DNA of 64,000 bases. Source: Chitinophagaceae bacterium. GTDB lineage: Bacteria > Bacteroidota > Bacteroidia > Chitinophagales > Chitinophagaceae. The first letter of the stretch is position 1. Each line of letters starts with the position of its first letter. Position numbers and translations under genes: made by a program. The stretch spans positions 2,646 to 66,645 of the forward strand of contig JBILHX010000001.1 of NCBI GenBank assembly GCA_044350285.1, written 5' to 3'. Positions 1 through 9,609 of this stretch are shown piece after piece. Below the pieces are notes generated by a model. The model did no database searches and had not been told where the DNA came from. It saw only the letters and a list, made by a program, of their open reading frames with translations.

Positions 1-1
1 T

Positions 2-1744
2 GATGGAGCGTATGTTGGTTTGAGTATCAAGCCACAAGGGATAAAAGCGAAGTATTGTCCAGATTACCTGCTCAAAGCTGCTTGTAAAGCATGGGATGAT
101 GCAGTAGAGATGGGCGAAAAATATGGATATAGGAATGCCCAAACAACTGTTATTGCGCCAACCGGAACGATTGGACTTGTTATGGATTGTGACACAACAG
201 GTGTAGAGCCGGATTTTGCTTTGGTAAAATTCAAGAAATTATCAGGTGGTGGTTATTTCAAAATCATCAACCAATCAGTACCGCAAGCATTAAGGAATTT
301 AAAGTACAGCGAATCAGAAACTGATTCAATCATTAAATATGCGGTGGGTTCAGGAAGCTTCTCAGGAGCACCGTTCATCAACCACCAAACGTTGAGTGAG
401 AAAGGTTTCATAGCCGAAGAGATTAAAAAATTGGATGACGCGGTAGGCGCAGCTTTCGAAGTTGGATTCGTTTTTAATGTATATGCATTGGGAGAGGAGT
501 GTTTGAAGCGCTTGGGCTTTAAGCCAGAGCAATATTTCAATTTCGATTGGAACATGTTGCAGGCATTGGGCTTTACTGGTGCTCAAATTGACGCAGCAAA
601 TGATTATGTATGTGGAACCATGACAATAGAAGGCGCTCCACATTTGAAGCAAGCACATTATCCTGTTTTTGATTGTGCAAATAAATGTGGTAAGAAAGGA
701 GAGCGTTTTATCCATGCACACGGACATATCAGAATGATGGCGGCAACGCAACCGTTCATCAGCGGGGCCATCTCCAAAACAATCAACCTTCCAAATGAAG
801 CAACGATTGCTGAAATTGCAGATTGTTATTTGTTGAGTTGGGAATTGGCGCTCAAAGCATGTGCACTTTATCGTGATGGATCAAAGCTTAGCCAACCACT
901 CAGCAACAAGAGTGAATCCAAAGCAACAGAAGAAGAAGTTGTTGAAACAGCAGCCTCTGATAGCCCACTGTTGGATGTAAGCAAGTTGTCTGTGGAAGAG
1001 TTGTTGGAAGAGTTGCAAAAAAGAATGCAAGCTGCTCCAGATACAAAATTGAAGCGTCAACTTTCTAGGATTGTAGAGCGTAAAACATTGCCAGCAAAGA
1101 GAAGAGGGTTTACCCAAAAAGCAAAAATCAATGGGCAAGCACTTTTCTTGAGAACAGGAGAGTACGGAGACAATACCCTTGGTGAAATATTCATCGACCT
1201 AGCAAAAGAAGGATCTACCTTAAGGAGTTTGATGAACTGTTTTGCGATAGCTGTATCAGTAGGACTTCAATATGGCGTTCCATTAGAGGAGTTTGTAGAG
1301 AAGTTTGTGTTTACCAAGTTCGAACCATCGGGTATGGTAGATCATCCAAACATAAAATCAACAACTTCAATCGTAGACTTTATTTTCCGTTGTTTGGCTT
1401 ATGAGTATTTGGACAGGTCTGATTTGGTTCATATCAAAGACAAGCCAGAGGTAATGAATACGGGAAATGATTCTTGGGATGATACCCCTGGTTCAAAGTA
1501 TGAAATTAATTCAAAGCCAGAGTTGTCTGATGTTCGCGTGGTAGCACCATCAGGGAATGCCGCTTCATCTGCTGCGAAGCAGCATAAAGCACCCTTGGCA
1601 ATGAAGTCTGAAGGTGGTACACAGGAGTACATGAAAAATATGCAGAGTGATGCACCTGCCTGTAACGTATGCGGACATATCACCGTGCGAAGCGGAACTT
1701 GTTACAAGTGTTTGAATTGTGGTAACAGCTTGGGTTGTAGCTAA
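2..1744 (+). CDS. nrdJ: Class II (adenosylcobalamin-dependent) ribonucleotide reductase, C-terminal part (5'-truncated by window edge)
   Basis: Frame open from base 2; motifs IAPTGTI, GVEPDF, ISGAISKTIN, YRDGSK, TSCPD-like domain and C-terminal Zn ribbon CNVC...CYKCLNCG. Confidence 0.93.
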   Translation, partial: DGAYVGLSIKPQGIKAKYCPDYLLKAACKAWDDAVEMGEKYGYRNAQTTVIAPTGTIGLVMDCDTTGVEPDFALVKFKKLSGGGYFKIINQSVPQALRNLKYSESETDSIIKYAVGSGSFSGAPFINHQTLSEKGFIAEEIKKLDDAVGAAFEVGFVFNVYALGEECLKRLGFKPEQYFNFDWNMLQALGFTGAQIDAANDYVCGTMTIEGAPHLKQAHYPVFDCANKCGKKGERFIHAHGHIRMMAATQPFISGAISKTINLPNEATIAEIADCYLLSWELALKACALYRDGSKLSQPLSNKSESKATEEEVVETAASDSPLLDVSKLSVEELLEELQKRMQAAPDTKLKRQLSRIVERKTLPAKRRGFTQKAKINGQALFLRTGEYGDNTLGEIFIDLAKEGSTLRSLMNCFAIAVSVGLQYGVPLEEFVEKFVFTKFEPSGMVDHPNIKSTTSIVDFIFRCLAYEYLDRSDLVHIKDKPEVMNTGNDSWDDTPGSKYEINSKPELSDVRVVAPSGNAASSAAKQHKAPLAMKSEGGTQEYMKNMQSDAPACNVCGHITVRSGTCYKCLNCGNSLGCS

Positions 1745-1764
1745 ATTTCAAGAGATTTAAATAG

Positions 1765-1800
1765 AAAAAGCCTGGTCGAACAAATTGACCAGGCTTTTTT
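1765..1800 (+). terminator. Intrinsic terminator after nrdJ
   Basis: AAAAAGCCTGGTC-loop-GACCAGGCTTTTTT hairpin with U-tract. Confidence 0.9.
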
Positions 1801-1900
1801 GTTTTAGTAGAAAAGTTAAAAGAATAGAGGTCGTGTAATTTTTTGAAGATTGTGGCGTTTTAATGTTGAAATTTTCATTTGACCCTATTAAAATTTAGCA

Positions 1901-2035
1901 ATGCAATCAAAGCTTTCCTTGAAAGTGATTTTGTTTTTTGTTTTTTCTGTTCTGTTGATGACTTCTTGTGCACGAACTGTTTCGCCTCAGATGGCTGCAT
2001 CAAATCATTATACGAGGTGTTTAAGTGTTCGTTAG
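1901..2035 (+). CDS. Small (44 aa) predicted lipoprotein, not in the ORF track
   Basis: Translates to MQSKLSLKVILFFVFSVLLMTSCARTVSPQMAASNHYTRCLSVR*; basic N-terminus, hydrophobic core, lipobox-like MTS|C at Cys23. Confidence 0.7.
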   Translation: MQSKLSLKVILFFVFSVLLMTSCARTVSPQMAASNHYTRCLSVR

Positions 2036-2132
2036 TTCTCAAAAATAAAAAAGCTGGTAATTGGATGCTTGTAAATTCTTAATTTGCATGACATTGATGT
2101 TGTGGAAATAGTATAATTTAAAAAGTATCCAA

Positions 2133-2612
2133 GTGGAATTGAATATAAAATACGAGAAGCGAAAAGTACTTCAGGCCTTAAGGTATCATTTCATCTCTAG
2201 GAGAGAAATCAAGTTAATGATCATCCTAGTAAATGTTTTTGCGTTGTTTGCAGCAGTGTTGTTTGGTTTCAAATTGATATCTCCATTGCCATTTTTGATG
2301 AGCTCTGTGCTTTGGATTTCCATGATGGGTGCCTTTTGGATATGGTTGCCTGCACTTATTTACCGGAAAAGCAAAACCTTTCAAGATGAATTCAAGGCTT
2401 TTGTGGAGCCCTTGCACTTTTTTATTGAGACTGAATCAGGGAAAAAGAGTTGGGCATGGCGTGAGTTTGAAACTTATTATGAAACTCCCGGTTTTTTTCA
2501 TTTGTATTTTGATGGGAAAACATTCTTTCTGATACCTAAAAGTGCATTTGCCAATGATGCTGAATTGGATGAGGCTCGGCATATTTTTAAGGAAGGCATT
2601 GCAAAAAAATAA
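2133..2612 (+). CDS. YcxB-family membrane protein
   Basis: Two N-terminal TM helices followed by YcxB-like C-terminus (W..F..YYE....FHLY......FLIPKSAF). Confidence 0.75.
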   Translation: MELNIKYEKRKVLQALRYHFISRREIKLMIILVNVFALFAAVLFGFKLISPLPFLMSSVLWISMMGAFWIWLPALIYRKSKTFQDEFKAFVEPLHFFIETESGKKSWAWREFETYYETPGFFHLYFDGKTFFLIPKSAFANDAELDEARHIFKEGIAKK

Positions 2613-2615
2613 GGC

Positions 2616-3047
2616 TTAAAACAGCAGTTTCTTCATTGCAACGTGGGGTATGGTTACTTCTTCAAATTCATTGCCATAAACTGAGTATCCCTGTTTTTCG
2701 TAGAAACCGGTGGCTGTTTTTCTCGCATGCATTGTCATGGTGCTGCAGCCTGAATCTCGTGCAACATTTTCTGCAAAATATAGTAAGGAAGCACCCAATC
2801 CGTTTTGTTGCATGCTAGGGTGAACTGCCATTTGGCGAAGTTTGCATTCCCCGGTATCCATTTTGGTAAGGACGCAACAAGCCAATATCTTTTCTTCTTC
2901 AAATGCACCAATGAAGATGTCGTCTTTTTCCTTCTCCAAATCTTCTTTCGTAAATGAAAGTCCAAGAGGCTTTCTTAAGATCTCCATCCTAAGCGCAAGC
3001 ATGTCTTTATACTCGGGTGAATTGTAGTCAATTATTTTTAAAGCCAT
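2616..3047 (-). CDS. GNAT family N-acetyltransferase (ElaA-like)
   Basis: LRQMAV...QQNGLG acetyl-CoA motif, HAR..A.GFYEKQGY, IPHVAM. Confidence 0.88.
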   Translation of the reverse strand: MALKIIDYNSPEYKDMLALRMEILRKPLGLSFTKEDLEKEKDDIFIGAFEEEKILACCVLTKMDTGECKLRQMAVHPSMQQNGLGASLLYFAENVARDSGCSTMTMHARKTATGFYEKQGYSVYGNEFEEVTIPHVAMKKLLF

Positions 3048-3238
3048 CCAACAAATTAGTAAAAATAGATGACCAAAATGCTACCCTAAATCATTTTTAA
3101 TTAAAAAATTGCCGTTTTAAAAGCCTACTCAAAAAATAATTCGTTTTGAAATTTATTTTATTTCATTGAAAATCAAAGGATTATCAAAAAAAGGCTAACA
3201 GAAGTGAAGCTGAAAACTTGTTTTTGTTGCAAATAGTT

Positions 3239-3246
3239 TATTTTTG
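3239..3246 (+). promoter_or_regulatory. Bacteroidota sigma-A -7 box upstream of acpP
   Basis: TATTTTTG matches TAnnTTTG, 26 nt before the ATG. Confidence 0.6.
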
Positions 3247-3272
3247 CCCCCATTAAACCAAACTTAATTATC

Positions 3273-3509
3273 ATGTCAGACATTGCAACAAGAGTAAAGA
3301 AAATAATTGTTGATAAACTGGGTGTTGATGAGGCTGAGGTAACTCAAGAAGCTTCATTTACAAACGATTTGGGTGCAGATTCACTAGATACAGTTGAATT
3401 GATTATGGAATTCGAAAAGGAATTCAATATTTCAATTCCTGATGAACAGGCAGAAACCATCACAACAGTTGGACAAGCTGTTTCTTATCTTGAAGAACAC
3501 GCAAAGTAA
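3273..3509 (+). CDS. acpP: Acyl carrier protein
   Basis: [12 protein letters not shown] phosphopantetheine motif; 78 aa. Confidence 0.98.
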   Translation: MSDIATRVKKIIVDKLGVDEAEVTQEASFTNDLGADSLDTVELIMEFEKEFNISIPDEQAETITTVGQAVSYLEEHAK

Positions 3510-3543
3510 TTAGGGTTTAACACACCCCCATTTCCCTTTACAT

Positions 3544-4794
3544 ATGGAACTTAAAAGAGTAGTTGTTACTGGCATAGGTGCCATTACGCCCATAGGCAAT
3601 ACCGCTGCAGATTTTTGGAGTGGTTTGCTTAATGGTGTTTCAGGAGCTGACGCAATTACACTGTTTGATGCATCCAAGTTTAAAACCAGGTTTGCCTGCG
3701 AAGTCAAGGGATTTGATCCAGTTGCGTATCTTGACAGAAAGGAAGCGCGTAAAATTGATCGTTTTGCACAATTAGCCATTGTTTCTAGTGATGAAGCCAT
3801 TAAACATGCCGGCATCACCAAAGACAATGTTGATCCTGATCGGACGGGTGTAATTTTTTCCAGTGGCATTGGTGGGTTACTTACTTTTCAGGAAGAGGTA
3901 ATGGCTTATGCTAAGGGAGACGGAACACCGCGTTTCAATCCTTTCTTTATTCCCAAAATGATCTTGGATATTGCCGCAGGCCATATTTCAATGCGTCACG
4001 GGTTTAGAGGTCCAAATTTTGCAGTTGTAAGTGCTTGTGCCTCATCAACGCATGCTTTAATTGAAGCCACTCATTATATCCAGCTTGGAAAGGCTGATGT
4101 TATGGTTGCTGGTGGAAGTGAGGCTGTTGTATGTGATGCAGGTGTTGCAGGATTCAATGCCATGAAAGCATTGAGTGAAAGAAACGATGATCCTAAAACA
4201 GCTTCTAGACCTTTCGACAAAGAAAGGGACGGATTTGTAATGGGAGAAGGAAGCGGTGCTGTTATTCTTGAAGAATACGAGCATGCCATTAAGCGTGGCG
4301 CAACCATTTATGCAGAAATAGCTGGTGGCGGTGCCACAGCAGACGCTCATCATATTACAGCCCCTCATCCAGAAGGATTGGGTGCTTTAAACGTAATGAG
4401 AGCATCTCTCCGAGATGCGAAAATGTTACCTGAAGACATTGACTATATAAATGTCCATGGAACATCAACACCATTGGGTGATATCGCCGAAACTAAGGCG
4501 ATTTTAGGTGTTTTCGGGGAACATGCATACAATCTAAGCATAAGCTCAACGAAGTCCATGACAGGCCATTTACTTGGCTCTGCCGGTGTGGTTGAAGCAA
4601 TCGCTTGTATATTTTCAGTGATGCATGATATTGTTCCACCTACCATCAATCATTTTACGGATGATGATTCCCTCGATCCAAACTTGGATTTAACCTTCTG
4701 GAAGCCTAAAAAGAAAATAGTTAGGGCAGCCTTGAGCAATACATTTGGTTTTGGTGGTCATAATGCTTCTCTCATTGTAAAGAAGTATCTTTAA
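3544..4794 (+). CDS. fabF: 3-oxoacyl-ACP synthase II
   Basis: RVVVTGIG, SACAS catalytic Cys, HGTST, TGHLLG, SNTFGFGGHN; follows acpP. Confidence 0.97.
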   Translation: MELKRVVVTGIGAITPIGNTAADFWSGLLNGVSGADAITLFDASKFKTRFACEVKGFDPVAYLDRKEARKIDRFAQLAIVSSDEAIKHAGITKDNVDPDRTGVIFSSGIGGLLTFQEEVMAYAKGDGTPRFNPFFIPKMILDIAAGHISMRHGFRGPNFAVVSACASSTHALIEATHYIQLGKADVMVAGGSEAVVCDAGVAGFNAMKALSERNDDPKTASRPFDKERDGFVMGEGSGAVILEEYEHAIKRGATIYAEIAGGGATADAHHITAPHPEGLGALNVMRASLRDAKMLPEDIDYINVHGTSTPLGDIAETKAILGVFGEHAYNLSISSTKSMTGHLLGSAGVVEAIACIFSVMHDIVPPTINHFTDDDSLDPNLDLTFWKPKKKIVRAALSNTFGFGGHNASLIVKKYL

Positions 4795-4860
4795 TGATAT
4801 AATTGCATGACAGTTGTTGCTGCCATGAACACATACAAAATCAAGTTAATCCTTTAAAGG

Positions 4861-5577
4861 TTGTTTTACAGGTTACAATATTTTTTTAGTAGCAAGCAAA
4901 AGCGGGTATTCCTTAGCCAGCTATGCAACATGTTGGGGTTTATGCCCGGCAGAATTTCCCTATATGTATCGGCATTTTCGCATCGCTCTGTTAAGGAAAA
5001 GGCGACAGACAACAACGAACGTCTTGAGTACTTGGGCGACGCCATTCTGGGTGGCATCATAGCAGATTATCTATTTAGAAAATATCCATACAAAGGAGAA
5101 GGTTTTCTTACAGAGATGAGAAGCAAAATGGTGAACAGACAAACGCTGAATGAAATCGCCATCAAGATGGGACTAAAAAAAATCACTTCGTACAACAAAA
5201 GTGATAATTCCTTGAAGTCCAGCCAAATTTTCGGCAATGCCTTGGAAGCCTTGGTGGGAGCAGTTTATATTGACAAGGGATATCCAAAAACAAAAGACTG
5301 GGTGCTTAAAAAAATGATTGTTCCACACTTGTTTGCAGAAGATCTGGAACAACTTGACATCAATCAAAAGAATAAACTATACAGTTGGGCTAACAAAAGT
5401 GGCAAGAGCTTGGAGTTTGAAACCATTGACGAAAAAATGGAAAATGGCCGCCGCCTTTTCACCGTTGGCGCGGTTGTAGATGGACAGGTAATTGCACAGG
5501 GCAAGGCGTTTAACAAAAAAGATGCCAGTCAAATAGCTGCACAAACCGCCGTTGAAAAGTTGAATATCATTGCTTAG
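4861..5577 (+). CDS. rnc: Ribonuclease III
   Basis: NERLEYLGDAIL signature, EALVGAVY, C-terminal dsRBD; acpP-fabF-rnc order. Confidence 0.95.
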   Translation: MFYRLQYFFSSKQKRVFLSQLCNMLGFMPGRISLYVSAFSHRSVKEKATDNNERLEYLGDAILGGIIADYLFRKYPYKGEGFLTEMRSKMVNRQTLNEIAIKMGLKKITSYNKSDNSLKSSQIFGNALEALVGAVYIDKGYPKTKDWVLKKMIVPHLFAEDLEQLDINQKNKLYSWANKSGKSLEFETIDEKMENGRRLFTVGAVVDGQVIAQGKAFNKKDASQIAAQTAVEKLNIIA

Positions 5578-5583
5578 TTGTTC

Positions 5584-5985
5584 TCAAAAAATTTCCTGAC
5601 ATAATTCAATCAGTATCCCATTCGTAGTTTTGGGATGCAGAAAACAGACCATTTTGTTGTCTGCCCCCTTTTTAGGAACATCGTTGATAAAATCAAACCC
5701 GCTCGATTTTAGTCTTTTTATCTCTTCCTCAATGTTTTTTACGGCAAAGGCAATGTGGTGGATTCCTTCCCCTTTTTTTGCAATGAATTTGTTGATTACC
5801 CCATTTTCTTCTGTTCCTTCCAACAGTTCAATCTTGCTTTCCCCTGTTTTGAAGAAGGCAGTATTTACCATTTCCGATAATATTTCTTCTGTTTTATAGC
5901 ATTCAGTGCCTAGTAATTTCTCAAAAAGAGGGATGGATTTTTCAAGAGAATGAACAGCAATGCCTATATGCTCAATTTTTTCCAT
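5584..5985 (-). CDS. mce: Methylmalonyl-CoA epimerase
   Basis: IEHIGIAV, KIELLE, GEGIHHIAF, FLHPK..NGILIEL VOC-fold motifs. Confidence 0.92.
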   Translation of the reverse strand: MEKIEHIGIAVHSLEKSIPLFEKLLGTECYKTEEILSEMVNTAFFKTGESKIELLEGTEENGVINKFIAKKGEGIHHIAFAVKNIEEEIKRLKSSGFDFINDVPKKGADNKMVCFLHPKTTNGILIELCQEIF

Positions 5986-6105
5986 TTGAATGTTGCTTTA
6001 ACAAGAAAAGATAGCTTGGTTTTCCTGTTGCATAAAAATACAATTCATTTTACAATCGAATGTAGATTACGGGGAATGCTTAATTTTACATTGAAAATAT
6101 AATTT

Positions 6106-6456
6106 ATGGAAGCTACTGCTATGATGACTGGTATTTATATCAGTGAAAGGGCAAAAGAAAAGGTGATTGAATTGTTGTCGGCCGATGGCAGAGGTGATGA
6201 CTATTTTGTTCGGGTGAGTGTGGTTAGTGGTGGATGTTCTGGTCTCACCTATAAAATGGATTTCGACAATGAGCTGAAACCAGGTGACCAAATTTTTGAG
6301 GACAAAGGAATCAAGCTAATTACAGATAGGAAAAGTGTATTGTATCTTTTTAGCACCACCTTGGATTTTTCAGATGGCCTTGAAGGCAAAGGGTTTCATT
6401 TTATGAATCCCAATGCCAGCAGAACCTGTGCTTGTGGTGAAAGTTTCTCTGTCTAA
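6106..6456 (+). CDS. HesB/IscA family Fe-S cluster assembly A-type carrier
   Basis: GGCSGLTY and NPNASRTCACGESF. Confidence 0.93.
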   Translation: MEATAMMTGIYISERAKEKVIELLSADGRGDDYFVRVSVVSGGCSGLTYKMDFDNELKPGDQIFEDKGIKLITDRKSVLYLFSTTLDFSDGLEGKGFHFMNPNASRTCACGESFSV

Positions 6457-8768
6457 TTTTTTATGAAAGTGTGCGATTCTGTTGTTTCTCCAGACTGACA
6501 CAACAATGTAAATGCCCCTGCAGGAAGCATGCTTATGTTGATGGAGTAGCCATTCCTTTCTTTTGAAAAAGTGGGCTTTAAAATTTTGCCATCCCAAGAA
6601 ATGATGCTTAAGTTTTTAACAGAGCCTGCATCATGGTTTGTAAAAAAAATCTTGTCTGCAGCTGGATTGGGATATAATGGTTGGTTTTTAATTTTTTTCT
6701 TGATGAATATGGTGTTTGAGAAAATAGGGTGATCAGTTTTGTCAAACGCCAATACCCGTAAAAAAGATTCCTCGATTTCATTGTATTGGCATTCGTATTG
6801 GTACATGGACAGTGGTGATTTTTTTGTAGCAGTTATGTTAGCGAATTGGATGAACTTTTTTCCATCTTCACTTTTTTCCAACCGATAATATTTCGTTTCT
6901 GGATCTTTTGCGTTTGTCCATTTTATCTTCGACAAGGTATTTTGTAATGAATAAGAAACAATGAATTTTTCAAATGGCAATGCCAATGCTTCTAATCTGC
7001 CAAATGTAAAACACCCATTTTTGATAGGGGTTGAAACCCCCATAAGAAACTGTTGCTTAAGTCCATTGGTTGCAAGTGAAACAGCATTCCACTTGTTTTC
7101 TGTATCGCTGAAATTGGCTATGGCAGGCTGTTCTATAAGTCCAGTCAAACTATTCTCTCTTCTACTGATTGACAGGATTTCTTTTTTTTCTACGGAAACG
7201 TTTGTGGCTGTTTTCTGAAACGACCAGTATTCGTATTCATTGATGTTCTTTAAGGGATATTGTTTCACACTATCAATTTTTGGTGATTTTTCCTTGAAAT
7301 ATTCCAAGATATAAGTGGCAGAATCTGCTGTGTTTTTATAAATCATGACAGGCGCAAAAACATCTACTTTGCCAATGGGAAAAACAATGTTTCTTGCCGT
7401 ATCGGTAATTATTTTCATGGGACCATCAACAAAACTTTGGTTATTGCCTTCAAACCACCCGTATTGGTTTGTTTTATTGTTGATTATTTTTCCGGACAAT
7501 GAAATCATGTTTTCATTGCTGCTGATTATTTTTCCAAGGGTTAAATCCATGCTGTCACTAACATGAAAGCCTTTGTTCAAGATCAGGTTGCCACTTGGTT
7601 TTTTCATGATTAGGGTAGCTATTATTTGTGGAAATGCATTGCCATTTGTTTGATCTCCTGCTTTCTCAAACAACATGCAAACCGAGGGATGAAAATTGAA
7701 GCTAGTTGAACGGATATTGCCGGTGTTGGTTAATTGCGAAATTCCAGCAGCTGACGAAATGCCTAGTGTAGATAGGCTGTCTGCTAAAAATTGGCCGCCT
7801 TGTATGTAGAAAGTGTCGGGATAAAAGAAGGCATTTGTAGAGACTTCAAACAAGGTGTTGGAAGTTGAAATGGTAATTGGAGCGTTTAATTGAAGGGCTG
7901 AGTTCTTGTCAATTTTGATTTTTCTGAATGCACTATTTTGTTGGAAGACTCCATTGGAAAAGAATTTGCTGCTATCACCGTTAAAAATTAGTTCTCTTCC
8001 AAGCGTGTCTTGCGTCGAGGGGTTGAGAGAAATTGTTCCATAATTTGTTAGATTTCCAGCTATAAGTAGGTTTCCGTTTAGCGAAGATGTAAGGACTGTC
8101 CCAGTGCCCGTTTCAATGTTTCCATAGATGGTAAGGTTGCCATTGCCGCTGCCGCTGTATGTTTTTTTACCACCTGCTTTATTTGCACTTAAAATGAGTG
8201 TTCCAAAGCTTCTGCCTGACAAGGAAAGGGTGTATCCTGCTGTTCCAGGCACATCAAATTCCATTGTGCCATTTTTATTGTTTGCAGAGTACATCAATTT
8301 TGAAATTAAGTACGCATTTCCCCGTATGGTACGGTGAATGTATTTGCCGCCATTTTCAATTTTCATGTTGCCGTTGATCAAGAATGTATTACCAGCTGTT
8401 GCTCCTGAATTATTGATTAAAATACCTCCATCCCCAATATTGAGGTTGTTGAGCGATAAAGCTGGAGAGGCGGTGTTAACATCTGGGATATTAAGTGAAA
8501 TGGGATTTAAGGCATTGCCTTGAATTGTAAGCGAACTTATTTGAATGGAGCCAGAACCATTTGGCAGCGTAACCGTGTAAGGGATGTTCATGAAATTGTT
8601 GTTCAAGATAACATCATCCGTTGCCAATGGTACGCCATTGGGATACCAATTGCTGTCTGAATTCCATTTTCCATCATTTGCTTCGCCATCCCATAGCTTT
8701 TGTGCATTTCCCCAAAAAGGCAAGGCGCAAATTGTAAAAAGGATCATTATCCTGTTTGCTTTTTTCAT
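6453..8768 (-). CDS. Secreted T9SS type A sorting domain protein
   Basis: Signal peptide; WDG...W....NW...GVP...DDV N-terminal motif; Asn/Gly-rich beta-helix-like body; C-terminal YPNPA...G.F.L...FIK T9SS CTD. Confidence 0.82.
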   Translation of the reverse strand: MKKANRIMILFTICALPFWGNAQKLWDGEANDGKWNSDSNWYPNGVPLATDDVILNNNFMNIPYTVTLPNGSGSIQISSLTIQGNALNPISLNIPDVNTASPALSLNNLNIGDGGILINNSGATAGNTFLINGNMKIENGGKYIHRTIRGNAYLISKLMYSANNKNGTMEFDVPGTAGYTLSLSGRSFGTLILSANKAGGKKTYSGSGNGNLTIYGNIETGTGTVLTSSLNGNLLIAGNLTNYGTISLNPSTQDTLGRELIFNGDSSKFFSNGVFQQNSAFRKIKIDKNSALQLNAPITISTSNTLFEVSTNAFFYPDTFYIQGGQFLADSLSTLGISSAAGISQLTNTGNIRSTSFNFHPSVCMLFEKAGDQTNGNAFPQIIATLIMKKPSGNLILNKGFHVSDSMDLTLGKIISSNENMISLSGKIINNKTNQYGWFEGNNQSFVDGPMKIITDTARNIVFPIGKVDVFAPVMIYKNTADSATYILEYFKEKSPKIDSVKQYPLKNINEYEYWSFQKTATNVSVEKKEILSISRRENSLTGLIEQPAIANFSDTENKWNAVSLATNGLKQQFLMGVSTPIKNGCFTFGRLEALALPFEKFIVSYSLQNTLSKIKWTNAKDPETKYYRLEKSEDGKKFIQFANITATKKSPLSMYQYECQYNEIEESFLRVLAFDKTDHPIFSNTIFIKKKIKNQPLYPNPAADKIFFTNHDAGSVKNLSIISWDGKILKPTFSKERNGYSINISMLPAGAFTLLCQSGETTESHTFIKN

Positions 8769-8883
8769 TTTTATATGTAATTTGTTGAGCGTGCAAATTA
8801 TTAAGCACTAATTCGAAGAAAAAGGCATTTTAACGTGATTTTTTCAGTTATTTTCACGTGATATTGTGATCTTGCATACATCT

Positions 8884-9603
8884 ATGTTTACATTAATCAA
8901 AAAAGAGTTGCGTCAGTATTTCAGCGTGTTGCTGGGGTACATAACGATTGGTATTTTTTTATTGGCGAGCAGTGCATATCTTTTCTTTCTTCCTGGATCA
9001 AATATTCTGGATGCTGGGTATGCAAGCATGGATCCGTTTTTTGAATTTGCGCCTTACTTGATGTTGTTTTTGATTCCCGCCATTACCATGAAGAGTTTCA
9101 GTGACGAGTACAGGAACGGAACCTTTGAAGTGTTGAGTGTTGTTCCCATAAAGAAAAGAAACCTGGTGATTGCAAAGTTTTTGTCAGCCTTCTTTGTGGC
9201 ATTTATAGCCTTGTTGTTTACCCTTGTTTATGTGTTTTCAATTTCTTTGTTGTCAACCGGTGACATAGACGCAGGTGGTATTGCAGGCTCATACATCGGG
9301 TTGTTGATGTTGTGTGGAGTGTTCGCCTCGATTGGTGTTTTCACCAGCAGCTTGCAGTCCAATGCAGTGATATCCTTTTTATTAAGCGCCTTGATGTGCT
9401 ACATCGTATATGCTTTTTTTTCTTCTTTGGCCAAGCTTGAGTTGTTTCAATCTGGCTCGGGTTATTATGTTTCACTCATAGGCATACAAACGCATTATGA
9501 AAACATGAGCAAGGGATTTATTGATAGCCGAGACTTGATTTATTTCATCAGCTTGATTTCGTTTTTCCTATTTCTAACCATTGAAAAAATAAAATCAAGA
9601 TAA
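8884..9603 (+). CDS. gldF: Gliding motility ABC transporter permease GldF
   Basis: KKELRQYF, FLIPAITM..F.DE...GTFE.L, G.IDSRDLIYF; directly upstream of gldG; ATG at 8884 preferred over GTG at 8866. Confidence 0.88.
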   Translation: MFTLIKKELRQYFSVLLGYITIGIFLLASSAYLFFLPGSNILDAGYASMDPFFEFAPYLMLFLIPAITMKSFSDEYRNGTFEVLSVVPIKKRNLVIAKFLSAFFVAFIALLFTLVYVFSISLLSTGDIDAGGIAGSYIGLLMLCGVFASIGVFTSSLQSNAVISFLLSALMCYIVYAFFSSLAKLELFQSGSGYYVSLIGIQTHYENMSKGFIDSRDLIYFISLISFFLFLTIEKIKSR

Positions 9604-9609
9604 GATTGT

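Noticed and set aside
2-1744. Intein or intron in nrdJ
   Set aside because: The visible part has no splicing motifs or homing-endonuclease signature; the 5' half lies outside the window
1879-2082. 67-aa ORF from the track
   Set aside because: No recognisable features; the overlapping 1901-2035 frame encodes a convincing lipoprotein
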